64,000 nt of DNA from Candidatus Woesearchaeota archaeon (GCA_964623495.1 CAZUTV010000004.1:16587-80586); one strand, 5' to 3'. Positions 17,355-25,607 are shown, counted from the first letter of the stretch. Notes: generated by a model not told the origin, from the letters alone. A program made the numbers and translations.

Positions 17355-17930
17355 ATGGAAGTAAAGAAGATAGTAACAAAGGCAGATAGTGAAAAGAAAA
17401 GAAGACGAAACCAAATCATTATAGGGGGAATATTGATATTTGTCATGTTTTTCAGTGTTTTGGGATATACTTTCGGGGATAATAGCAACGGGAATGCAAA
17501 AAAAATAGTGTATAATGGCTACGAATTTGTATATGAAAATGGCTTTTGGAAAGCAAGTATTGGGAATTTTGTTTTTTTCTTCACATACAATCCTGAAGAG
17601 GTTTGGAAAAGCGACGCTAATTTAAACCTGCTCAACAAATATTCTGGAAAACCCTTGTACATCTCTTCAGACAGTATAGATGCTGAATCAGAGCTGTACA
17701 GAAACATTGATCAAATAATACTAAGAAGGCAGTATGCCTGCCTTCAGGGAGAGAATTGCACGGATTCCGGACTGCCTGTAAAAACCTGCGAGGACAATTT
17801 TATAATAATCAAGGAGAGTAATGTCAGCTCTATAAGACAGGACAATAACTGCGTTTTTATAGAAAGCCCATTTGAAAATTTAACGGCAACGACAGACGAA
17901 TTTTTATTCAAGATAATAGGCATAGAATAG
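17355..17930 (+). CDS. Hypothetical N-terminally anchored secreted protein (191 aa)
   Basis: KKRRRNQIIIGGILIFVMFFSVLGYTF anchor. No family recognised. Confidence 0.5.
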   Translation: MEVKKIVTKADSEKKRRRNQIIIGGILIFVMFFSVLGYTFGDNSNGNAKKIVYNGYEFVYENGFWKASIGNFVFFFTYNPEEVWKSDANLNLLNKYSGKPLYISSDSIDAESELYRNIDQIILRRQYACLQGENCTDSGLPVKTCEDNFIIIKESNVSSIRQDNNCVFIESPFENLTATTDEFLFKIIGIE

Positions 17931-17966
17931 ATATATCTTTATAAACTTAAATGGAAAAGAAGTAAA

Positions 17967-18581
17967 ATGGAGGAAGGAAAAATAGAAAACAAGGATGTAG
18001 AAAAAAACCACAAAAAAGCCTTAAGAACGGCATTTGTTGTGATAATACTTTGCGCGTTGTTTTTTGTACTAGTTTACTTCTTCTTGAATTCGGCAAGGAA
18101 CTTTGAGTATAAAGGAATTACAGGAAATGTTGTAAGAGAAGGGAACATAATATTTTATCAAATTTCATTGCCTGTTGAATATCAAGGAAAAACAGTTCCT
18201 TATAATTTTTATCTAAGAAATGACCCCAATAAGCTGCAGAACATTCCTTTTAACGGAAGCATTGTGTTCAAGAAAAATGTCGTAATAAACAGCACCGGAA
18301 ACCTTTCTTGCGAGGGGTTTGGAGTCATAGGGGTTGCAAACCTAGTTCAGCTGTATGAAATTCTTGGAGCAAAGGTGATAAGGGATGAAAACGCCAGCTG
18401 TGATGCCCTGGAAAGGTATCTCTTCTTGCAGATAGAAGAAGGGAATGAAACAAGGATTGACCAAACCAATAATGCCTGTTATACGATAAAAATCAGCAAC
18501 TGCAAGATTTTAGAAGCAACAGAAAGGTTGATGTATGAAACAATCTCTGAAGCAAAAAAATCTCTGACAGCTAATTCTTAA
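17967..18581 (+). CDS. Hypothetical N-terminally anchored secreted protein (204 aa)
   Basis: KKALRTAFVVIILCALFFVLVYFF anchor. No family recognised. Confidence 0.5.
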   Translation: MEEGKIENKDVEKNHKKALRTAFVVIILCALFFVLVYFFLNSARNFEYKGITGNVVREGNIIFYQISLPVEYQGKTVPYNFYLRNDPNKLQNIPFNGSIVFKKNVVINSTGNLSCEGFGVIGVANLVQLYEILGAKVIRDENASCDALERYLFLQIEEGNETRIDQTNNACYTIKISNCKILEATERLMYETISEAKKSLTANS

Positions 18582-19098
18582 ATAAGGATTCTTTATAGAA
18601 AAACTTTATATCTGAATAAAAGGGGATTTTTTTTACTTTGAATAATTTTACTTCGGCAAACCAAATCAACACCACAAAAATAATGCTAATGGCGTACCAA
18701 AATATTTTATGAGTAAAGTCAAACCATGAGGAGCCAGAAAGGTAAAGCAAGGATAAAAAGAAGATCCTTAAAACATTAATAATCAGGAAGGCTGCAAAGG
18801 CGAATAACACCATATTGATTCTTTTAGATAACCTGGCTTTTGGCAGAGACAAATTCAGGGCAAATAGAAGAAAATAAGCAGATCCCGCAATGCATGCATC
18901 AATTAGCTCTATCGGGAGTCCATTAATTAATATTGTGCTTCCCTGCAATGAGGCGTTAAAGAAAATGTTTAAGATCCAGTAAACAGGATATATTGTTAAT
19001 GGGGAGAATATAAAATAGAATATAAAAAAATTAGATAGAGATGAAGCAAGAATAAGAATATATCTCAAAAAGATACCAAAAACATCCTTCTTTTTCAT
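18571..19098 (-). CDS. Small exosortase/archaeosortase-family transpeptidase (pacearchaeosortase-like), 175 aa
   Basis: Polytopic membrane protein with the family's Cys/Arg/His signature in order: IELIDACIAGSAY, LIINVLRIFFLS, FDFTHKIFWY. Confidence 0.6.
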   Translation of the reverse strand: MKKKDVFGIFLRYILILASSLSNFFIFYFIFSPLTIYPVYWILNIFFNASLQGSTILINGLPIELIDACIAGSAYFLLFALNLSLPKARLSKRINMVLFAFAAFLIINVLRIFFLSLLYLSGSSWFDFTHKIFWYAISIIFVVLIWFAEVKLFKVKKIPFYSDIKFFYKESLFKN

Positions 19099-19117
19099 AC
19101 AGCTAGAAGTGAAAATG

Positions 19118-19127
19118 TATTTAAATA
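19118..19127. promoter_or_regulatory. Palindromic TATA-like box TATTTAAATA between the divergent archaeosortase-like and PAP2 genes
   Basis: 19 nt from ATG 19098 (minus strand) and 19 nt from the in-frame ATG 19147 (plus strand). Confidence 0.3.
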
Positions 19128-19137
19128 ATTTAACAGT

Positions 19138-19761
19138 ATGATGGTAATGGGGAAAAAAGAGAATCTTGCTTTATTGATTTTATTTTCTTTGGCATTGATC
19201 TTTAGTTTATTGTTTGATCAAGAATTTTCCAGATTTTTTGCCTCTTTAAGAAACAATTTTTTAACAGAAATTCTTCTTGGCGTTACTTTTCTAAGCTCAC
19301 AGGTAATAATCTTTTTCTTTCTTACAAGCCTGTTTTTGTGGCGGGAACATAAAAGAAGATGGATCTTTCCATTGTGGGCTAGCTTAATTGCCAGTCTTTT
19401 CGTCAGTTTTGTTCTAAAAATAAGCATAGAGAGATTAAGGCCTTTTCAATCGGGGGTTGTTAGCCTGCCAAAAATCCTAGAAAGCTTTTCATATTCTACC
19501 TGGGATTTTTCTCTCCCGTCGGGCCATGCTGTGCTGGCTTTTTCTGCAATTCCCATTTTAGCAATGGAATTTCCAAAATTCAAAAAAGTGTGGATAGCTT
19601 TAGCAATTTTAATTGGATTGTCAAGAGTGTATTTTGGCCTGCACTATTTAAGCGACATACTTATAGGGGGGGCAATAGGGCTCTGGATAGGATTTTTAAT
19701 GGTTAAGCTAGAAACTAAAAAGAAATATGGTGAAAGAATAAGAAGGTTATTTAAAAAATAA
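19138..19761 (+). CDS. PAP2-family lipid phosphatase (undecaprenyl/dolichyl-diphosphatase-like)
   Basis: All three PAP2 motifs are present: KISIERLRP, PSGH, SRVYFGLHYLSD. Confidence 0.8.
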   Translation: MMVMGKKENLALLILFSLALIFSLLFDQEFSRFFASLRNNFLTEILLGVTFLSSQVIIFFFLTSLFLWREHKRRWIFPLWASLIASLFVSFVLKISIERLRPFQSGVVSLPKILESFSYSTWDFSLPSGHAVLAFSAIPILAMEFPKFKKVWIALAILIGLSRVYFGLHYLSDILIGGAIGLWIGFLMVKLETKKKYGERIRRLFKK

Positions 19762-21444
19762 CTACTTTCTTGCAACTTTTATTGCTACAATAACTATAAC
19801 AACTACAAGGATAACATTAATTACACCAAGAAGCCATAAGTACCAGTTATCTCCAAAAACTCCTGAAAGATTGAATTGTGATTTTTCTATTGTAACTGAA
19901 ACTGGCTGATTAACAATAAGCTGATTGTCTGAAACAAGCTCTATGTTAAAAGTATTATCCCCTTGGGCATCCTTCTTTACTTCAATGGTGAAGGTTGCAA
20001 CCCCAGATTGGCCTGCGTTTAAAGTCATTGTCTTTGGGTCAACATTTCCAGAGTTTGCCCATGAAGCAAATCCTGCCGGATTCAAAAGGAATTTGGCTGT
20101 TTTATCTCCAGTATTTGTTATTGTTGCCTTAATGACTAGTGACTGGCCTGCTTTTCCTCCTGATTCGAGCTTAGCTGTAACAGTGGCCTTTGCCTTATCC
20201 GCAGTCGTTGAACAGCTTCCCTCTACTTTTATTGATTCAAGGAATTTTGATTGTGTGTCTTCATAATCTGCCTCAAAAACGTCCTCATCTTCATCAAAGA
20301 CTTCAAAGGTTAAAGTGTAAGATTTTTCTTGGGCTGTTTTTGGCATTTTAATCGGAAAGCCAACTCTTTGACTATCGAAAGAATCAATGCTTCCTACTTC
20401 AATTAATTGGCTGATTCCAAGATCTTTATTAGTTATTTTGACAGTAACATCATCCTGGTCTCTGCTTCCTATGTTCCAAGCATCTGCAGAGATTGTTAAA
20501 TCGCTGCCGCAGGAAATTGTCTCCGGAATTTCAAAGTCGCTTAGTATAACAAAATCTTTTTCTATAATTATTTCTACATCCTCTGAATCGCTTGCACAAG
20601 TATCATCATTGTTTGTGTTATCTACCTCTCCTGTTGCCCTTACGTAAATGGCGTAATTTTCTCCATCATCAAGGTCTTGAAGATCTATATCCATATTATC
20701 ATCTAACTCAAATGTGAAAGTTAGAGTATCATCATCGCCATCACTAAGGTCAATCTCATCAACTTCGTCTGGCTCTATAACCCAATCGTCTGCATTTTTA
20801 TCATAAAGCCCCCATTCAACATTAATGTTATCTACATCCACACCTCCTTTATTCTCAATGCTTACCTCTACTTCTACTTTATCAAATGGGAGAATTTGAG
20901 TGTCGTCTCCAAATCCGGTAACAGTTACATCCTCTACTTTAATACTTAGATCTCCTGGGTTTCCACTAACACCACTATCCCATTCACAAAAGCTGAATGG
21001 CTTTGGAGCCTCTGTAACAGTTAATGTTACTTGGATAGGATAAGTCACATCACTTACATATGTTCCAGACAATATTAATTCGCCAGTATATGTTCCGGCT
21101 TCTTTAGTTGAAGGAACCACAAAAGACAGGGTCATCAATCCGCTAGTGTCTCCTTGCTGTAAAGTGGTTACCATTCCGCTTACTGTGCTTGAGGAAGCAA
21201 TCGTATGAGATTCATGAGTTAGAGTAATTGGAGTGTTAAAAGCCATATTAGTTAAAGCCCCATAACCATCTTCTGTAAGTTTGAAAGAAACTGTTGCTGT
21301 GTTTCCGGCTTGCACTGATTGTGAAAGAGAAGTAATTACTGTGCTTGCAGAATCCTTAAAAACAATTGCTGCACTAGCAAATGTTGCTAAAAACATTGAT
21401 AAAAAAATGCATACAGCGAATGAACCTAATATTTTCGATTTCAT
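19762..21444 (-). CDS. Acidic CARDB-like repeat surface protein with a C-terminal TM helix plus basic tail (candidate sortase substrate)
   Basis: Signal peptide ...FLATFASA. Repeats of the type VEVEVSIENKGGVDVDNINVEWGLYD. C-terminus GDNWYLWLLGVINVILVVVIVIVAIKVARK. Confidence 0.65.
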   Translation of the reverse strand: MKSKILGSFAVCIFLSMFLATFASAAIVFKDSASTVITSLSQSVQAGNTATVSFKLTEDGYGALTNMAFNTPITLTHESHTIASSSTVSGMVTTLQQGDTSGLMTLSFVVPSTKEAGTYTGELILSGTYVSDVTYPIQVTLTVTEAPKPFSFCEWDSGVSGNPGDLSIKVEDVTVTGFGDDTQILPFDKVEVEVSIENKGGVDVDNINVEWGLYDKNADDWVIEPDEVDEIDLSDGDDDTLTFTFELDDNMDIDLQDLDDGENYAIYVRATGEVDNTNNDDTCASDSEDVEIIIEKDFVILSDFEIPETISCGSDLTISADAWNIGSRDQDDVTVKITNKDLGISQLIEVGSIDSFDSQRVGFPIKMPKTAQEKSYTLTFEVFDEDEDVFEADYEDTQSKFLESIKVEGSCSTTADKAKATVTAKLESGGKAGQSLVIKATITNTGDKTAKFLLNPAGFASWANSGNVDPKTMTLNAGQSGVATFTIEVKKDAQGDNTFNIELVSDNQLIVNQPVSVTIEKSQFNLSGVFGDNWYLWLLGVINVILVVVIVIVAIKVARK

Positions 21445-21471
21445 TTTGTAATCATTCCAGAGTTACTATGG

Positions 21472-21479
21472 TTTATAAA
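21472..21479 (-). promoter_or_regulatory. TATA-box candidate (TTTATAAA) for the 19762..21444 gene
   Basis: 27 nt upstream of ATG 21444 on the minus strand. Confidence 0.35.
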
Positions 21480-21566
21480 CTTTTCTATTCTAGAAAACAT
21501 AAATCTAAACCTTTCAAAAATATTACAAAACCCATAAAAAATCCGAGGATGAAAAATTAGAAAAAA

Positions 21567-21574
21567 TTTATATA
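21567..21574 (+). promoter_or_regulatory. TATA-box candidate (TTTATATA), 21 nt before ATG 21596
   Basis: A-rich BRE-like stretch immediately upstream. Spacing implies a leaderless mRNA. Confidence 0.4.
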
Positions 21575-21595
21575 TTCCAATGCCCTCGATAAATA

Positions 21596-21988
21596 ATGGT
21601 CATCAAATCTCAGGAAAATTCTTTTGGGGCATGGATGTTTTTAATCGGAGTAATTTTAGCAGTAGCTATAGGAATAAGCACTTCTTCACTTCTTTCAATA
21701 GATAATATACTGAAATACAGCCCGTACATATATGGAATTCTTGTTTTGGTTGGACTGGTTGTTGGGTTTGCAATAAAAATTTCTGGAAAAGACTCCCAGC
21801 TGTTTTTAATAGGGACTACAGTCATAGTTCTAGTGAGTAAATTTGGTATGGAAACTGTCAGCAGTTCACTAATAGGGATAGGGATAGGAAATAGCGTTTC
21901 TTACACCTTTTCAGCCCTACTCTCATTATTTGTCCCAACAACAATAGTTGTTGCTTTAAAGACGGTTTTTTCACTGGCTAAGATATAA
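21596..21988 (+). CDS. Small polytopic membrane protein (130 aa)
   Basis: About four hydrophobic helices. No family recognised. Confidence 0.5.
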   Translation: MVIKSQENSFGAWMFLIGVILAVAIGISTSSLLSIDNILKYSPYIYGILVLVGLVVGFAIKISGKDSQLFLIGTTVIVLVSKFGMETVSSSLIGIGIGNSVSYTFSALLSLFVPTTIVVALKTVFSLAKI

Positions 21989-22129
21989 TTATTAAAAAGT
22001 GGATTGTAAAGTAGAAATAGACAATTATAGCATATTAATAGGCTAATATAGTAAATATACTACTAAGTTAATAATGTGTTTATTATTAATTAGCTAAAAA
22101 TTTAAGAAACAAATATGAATCTCAACAGA

Positions 22130-22903
22130 TTAATCTCCTCTTCTTAATCTTCTAATTTCATCGTGCTCTTGTCTTATTCGTGTTTCAATCTGTTTGATCT
22201 TATCTTCATTCCTTAACCGATTTATTTCCTTCTGCATCTCTTCAACTTTCTTTTCAGCCCTTTCTGCTATCTTCTTGTAGTCAGATTCTTTATAATCTGC
22301 AACTTCGCTAAGCTTTCTGACTTTAACGTCTTTTTTTCTAAAAGATATTTTATCCTTAAAGGTCCTTATTAAAAAAAAGACTATTATAGCCAGCAAAATT
22401 GCCCCTATAATATAATAATAGTATGTCTTCCAAACAAAAGAAGAACCTCCGCCGCCAGTATTGTTCTGGGAGTTGTTTTGTGGATTTGACTGGTTTTGAA
22501 CAGAATTGTTCTGAGATTGATTTTGAATGGGATTGGTGGTATTCGCTGGAGGCGGCTCAACGCCCCTCAGGATAGTTTTATTATTTGGGAACAAGATAAT
22601 ATGTATTGACTCCCCTGCAGAATTGTCATCGAATCTTGAATTCATTATAACCTGGCCATTATTCAAAATAAAAACATTCATATTAAACTTAGCCTCGGTT
22701 GAAGAATAAACAAAAGACTTCTCCCCTGTTCCAGAGGGCATTTTCATTGTTTTTATTAGTTTTAGAGGGCTTGATGTTAAAAAATCAATAGAAATATCGT
22801 GGCCGGCATAAGTTGAAATTTGAATATTGGTATCTATCGCTGAGGAAAATTGGAACATAGAAAGCATTAAGAGAGAAAAACAAAAGATATGCCCTTTTTT
22901 CAT
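22130..22903 (-). CDS. Type I membrane protein: signal peptide, ectodomain, Q/N-rich linker, TM, charged coiled-coil tail
   Basis: MKKGHIFCFSLLMLSMFQFSSA..; NQSQNNSVQNQSNPQNNSQNN; YYIIGAILLAIIVFFLI; tail EKKVEEMQKEINRLRNEDKIKQIETRIRQEHDEIRRLRR. Confidence 0.55.
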   Translation of the reverse strand: MKKGHIFCFSLLMLSMFQFSSAIDTNIQISTYAGHDISIDFLTSSPLKLIKTMKMPSGTGEKSFVYSSTEAKFNMNVFILNNGQVIMNSRFDDNSAGESIHIILFPNNKTILRGVEPPPANTTNPIQNQSQNNSVQNQSNPQNNSQNNTGGGGSSFVWKTYYYYIIGAILLAIIVFFLIRTFKDKISFRKKDVKVRKLSEVADYKESDYKKIAERAEKKVEEMQKEINRLRNEDKIKQIETRIRQEHDEIRRLRRGD

Positions 22904-22957
22904 TATTTAAGATATCTTAATGAATTTATAAATTTTATCAAGCTGGCACACTAAGAA

Positions 22958-23350
22958 TTAATCGAATCTCGATCTTCTCATCTCATCTTTTTGGGCAGGC
23001 TTTGAAAGTTCTTTATGTATCTTTGCAAAAGGAGGTGTAACAACCAACGTGTTCTCTCCAAATCCTGCAATGCCGCCCTCTAAAGCATCTGCCGTCTTCT
23101 TGATTTTAGAAACAGCTCGCTTTAACTCAATTGGGTCTTTTTGCCTCAAGGTTTTTATGTCAACCAAGGCAATAGTGTATCCTTCTCTTATTGCATTGAG
23201 GATTTCATTGACATCCTCATATTGCTTTAGAACGAATAACTTTATTAGAACTTTATTTTCCTGCTCCTGGCGCTCTAGGTCTATTTCAATGTATTCCTCG
23301 TCGTTACCAGGTGAACCTCGAAATGCTTTTCTTATTTTATCGAAAACCAT
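22958..23350 (-). CDS. sepF: Cell division protein SepF (archaeal FtsZ anchor)
   Basis: VLIKLFVLKQYEDVNEILNAIREGYTIALVDIKTLRQKDPIELKRAVSKIKKTADALEGGIAGFGENTLVVTPP matches the SepF/DUF552 core. Confidence 0.75.
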   Translation of the reverse strand: MVFDKIRKAFRGSPGNDEEYIEIDLERQEQENKVLIKLFVLKQYEDVNEILNAIREGYTIALVDIKTLRQKDPIELKRAVSKIKKTADALEGGIAGFGENTLVVTPPFAKIHKELSKPAQKDEMRRSRFD

Positions 23351-23371
23351 AGTAGAGTTATAGAGCCTATG

Positions 23372-23379
23372 TTTATAAA
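23372..23379 (-). promoter_or_regulatory. TATA-box candidate (TTTATAAA), 21 nt upstream of the sepF ATG
   Basis: Exact box with leaderless-type spacing. Confidence 0.4.
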
Positions 23380-23421
23380 GATTTCGCAGTTTTTTTAGAT
23401 AGATTCTTCACTAAAAAATAG

Positions 23422-23751
23422 TCATTTGTGTTTTTTAGATTCTTTAGACCCCATCAACTCATCTCTTATTTTTTCAAGCTTTTCGGTTAAACTTGATTCT
23501 TGCTTTTCAAGGGATTTAAGCCTAAGATCTATTATTTTTTGTTTATTTAACAACTCATCCTTTATTTTTGACTTTTCTCCCCTAATCATCAGTTGGCCCA
23601 CGATTTTGTATACTTCATCATTGGCATTTTCTATCTCAGATAAAGCCGTGTTCGTTTCAGAAAGCTCCATTTGGAAGGCGTGCTTCTGCAAAAGAATCTG
23701 CTGGAGGGTTTGATCTATTAACTGCATCTCTTCTAGTTTTTCTTGAGACAT
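23422..23751 (-). CDS. pfdB: Prefoldin beta subunit
   Basis: 109-aa coiled coil, beta hairpin, coiled coil (…DEVYKIVGQLMIRGEK…). Confidence 0.75.
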   Translation of the reverse strand: MSQEKLEEMQLIDQTLQQILLQKHAFQMELSETNTALSEIENANDEVYKIVGQLMIRGEKSKIKDELLNKQKIIDLRLKSLEKQESSLTEKLEKIRDELMGSKESKKHK

Positions 23752-23752
23752 C

Positions 23753-23893
23753 TTAAACCGCCTTTATTTTCTTGACTTTTGTTCGTGGCTTAAAGAATAT
23801 CTTGCTTCCACAATATGGGCACACAAACCTTTTTTCAAGATTTGTCAAAGCTATCTTTTTTCCACACTTAAAACACTTATAGTTTACGGCCAT
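23753..23893 (-). CDS. rpoP: DNA-directed RNA polymerase subunit P (Rpo12), 46 aa; absent from ORF track
   Basis: MAVNYKCFKCGKKIALTNLEKRFVCPYCGSKIFFKPRTKVKKIKAV. CxxC..CxxC zinc ribbon with the characteristic IFFKPR tail. Sits between L37Ae and prefoldin beta. Confidence 0.8.
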   Translation of the reverse strand: MAVNYKCFKCGKKIALTNLEKRFVCPYCGSKIFFKPRTKVKKIKAV

Positions 23894-23894
23894 T

Positions 23895-24113
23895 TTAGTC
23901 TAAATGATATGTGCTTGAAGCAAATTTTTTTCCGCATTTCTTGCATTTCCAAATTCCCTTGGAAAGCCTCTTTACTCCCTTTTTCTTGCAGAATGGGCAA
24001 GATTGCTTTTTTCTTTGTTTTTCTTCTACTTCAATGAGTCTAGATTTTACAGTCTTCCCATATCTTGCACCAAATCTTCCTGCAGATTTTGTTTTTTTTA
24101 ATTTACTTGGCAT
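23895..24113 (-). CDS. rpl37ae: Ribosomal protein L37Ae (eL43)
   Basis: GRFGARYGKTVKSRL..CPFCKKKGVKRLSKGIWKCKKCGKKFA. Confidence 0.9.
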   Translation of the reverse strand: MPSKLKKTKSAGRFGARYGKTVKSRLIEVEEKQRKKQSCPFCKKKGVKRLSKGIWKCKKCGKKFASSTYHLD

Positions 24114-24186
24114 TTTATATTATAATAGGATAAAGTTGATTTTTAAAGGTTCTGTTTTAATTATGATTTTTATCACATTAAAACAA

Positions 24187-24259
24187 ATGGGGCTGCCCGG
24201 ATTTGAACCGGGGTCGCGAGGTCCCAAACCTCGAAGGCTACCAGGCTACCCCACAGCCC
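24187..24259 (-). tRNA. tRNA-Pro (anticodon UGG)
   Basis: Minus-strand GGGGCTG..CGAGG-TTTGGGA-CCTCG..CCCGG-TTCAAAT-CCGGG-CAGCCCC-A folds as a 73-nt cloverleaf. Confidence 0.9.
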
Positions 24260-24303
24260 CAAATATTATAAGAGAATTTTAGAAATTTATAAAGCTATCC
24301 TAT

Positions 24304-25011
24304 TTATTTCTTCTTCTTTGCTTCTTCTTTTTTCGGGGCTTCTTTAACTGCAGGGGTTGCTGGAGTCGCACCAGCTGATGCTGTTCCTTCTGGAGTTGCA
24401 CCTGCAGCAGGGGCCGCAGCAGCCGCAGCAGCTTCTTTAGCAGCTTGTTCCTGCTTAATTGCTTTATCCTGCTCTTCCTTAATCTTGTCAAAATATTCCT
24501 TTAGTTGCTTTAATTTTTCTGGAGAGGCTTTTATTTTCTCGTCCTTAATTTCTTTGTCAAACTTTCCTGCATCGATTTCTTTTTCTATCTCTGCTGCAGG
24601 TTTGCTCTCTATTAAAATTCCCAGAGTAACACAAGTTCCAGTAATGGTCTTTACTGCAGATTTCATGTCCTTACACAAAAGATTGGGCATTTTTGTTTTA
24701 GCAACAGAAATTATCTGCTCAATAGAAGCATTGCCTACGTACATCTTTTTCTGTGCTCCAGAACCCTTCTCTATTCCTAACTCTCCTTTAATAAGTTCCG
24801 AAGCGGGTGGCGAAAAAACAAAAACATTAATCTCTTTTGTGGAAGGGTTTATATCTAGTTCAACCGGCACCTTCATTCCCCGAAAGTTTTTTGTTGAATC
24901 GTTTACTTTTTGAATTACGAGATTAGGATTTATCCCGGCAGGTCCGAGTTTCTGGCTCAAAGTAGGACCAGGCTTCATTGCTCCTCCGTCGACAAGTAAT
25001 TTTATTTGCAT
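24304..25011 (-). CDS. rpl11: Ribosomal protein L11 (uL11) with an approximately 85-aa Lys/Glu/Ala/Pro-rich C-terminal extension
   Basis: MQIKLLVDGGAMKPGPTLSQKLGPAGIN... core. The tail ...EQAAKEAAAAAAAPAAGATPEGTASAGATPATPAVKEAPKKEEAKKKK is in the same frame. Confidence 0.85.
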   Translation of the reverse strand: MQIKLLVDGGAMKPGPTLSQKLGPAGINPNLVIQKVNDSTKNFRGMKVPVELDINPSTKEINVFVFSPPASELIKGELGIEKGSGAQKKMYVGNASIEQIISVAKTKMPNLLCKDMKSAVKTITGTCVTLGILIESKPAAEIEKEIDAGKFDKEIKDEKIKASPEKLKQLKEYFDKIKEEQDKAIKQEQAAKEAAAAAAAPAAGATPEGTASAGATPATPAVKEAPKKEEAKKKK

Positions 25012-25012
25012 T

Positions 25013-25483
25013 TTACTGTTCTTGTTCTCCTTCTTGCTCTTCTAGTTCATCTCTTCTGACAACTTTAACATTATCTAATTTAATTGTGACAGGCAATGGA
25101 ACAACTGCCCCAAGCAAGCTCACAACCACTTCTTCTTTCTGTTTGTCTATTCTTATAACTTTCGCTTTTTCTTTTTTGAATGGCTCTGCAATAATCTCCA
25201 CAATATCTCCTTCTTTTATTGAAACAGTAGCTACAGAAGGCTCAAGCATATTCTTTATCTCTTCATAAGTGATCGTCTTTCCTACAATGCCTTTTACATA
25301 GGGCAAATTAAAAACCGCTTCCTCTGCAGATTCCCTATCTTCTGCTTCTATAAGCACATACCCTCTAAGGCCATGAGGCCTTAAGACAGAAAAAACATTT
25401 AAGGATTTTTTTTCGGCCCTGTCTGCGATCATATCTATTGCTTTCTCTTCTTTATTTGTGGTTACCTTGATTATAAACATCAT
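25013..25483 (-). CDS. spt5: Transcription elongation factor Spt5 (NusG)
   Basis: NGN domain (GYVLIEAED..) plus KOW (GDIVEIIAEPFKKEKAKVIRID). secE-spt5-L11 synteny. Confidence 0.85.
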   Translation of the reverse strand: MMFIIKVTTNKEEKAIDMIADRAEKKSLNVFSVLRPHGLRGYVLIEAEDRESAEEAVFNLPYVKGIVGKTITYEEIKNMLEPSVATVSIKEGDIVEIIAEPFKKEKAKVIRIDKQKEEVVVSLLGAVVPLPVTIKLDNVKVVRRDELEEQEGEQEQ

Positions 25484-25500
25484 TTTATTATCGTTTTTGG

Positions 25501-25521
25501 AAACCTTTTTCTAAAAGGTTT
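25501..25521 (-). repeat. 9-bp-stem hairpin AAACCTTTT-AGA-AAAAGGTTT (minus-strand reading), 17 nt upstream of the spt5 ATG
   Basis: Read directly from the sequence. Near-identical to the hairpin at 57253-57272. Confidence 0.7.
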
Positions 25522-25607
25522 ATTTAGCTCCGTCTACACCCTAATAATCTAAGGAATAGATAGTATTAGTTAAAAAAGTTTATTTATAAGGTTTTCTGTT
25601 TAAAGAA

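Noticed and set aside
24300-24491. 63-aa alternative-frame ORF (Lys/Leu/Gln-rich) within the L11 tail region.
   Set aside because: It is on the same strand but out of frame with the continuous L11 ORF, and is a by-product of low-complexity GCA/GCT/AAG repeats.
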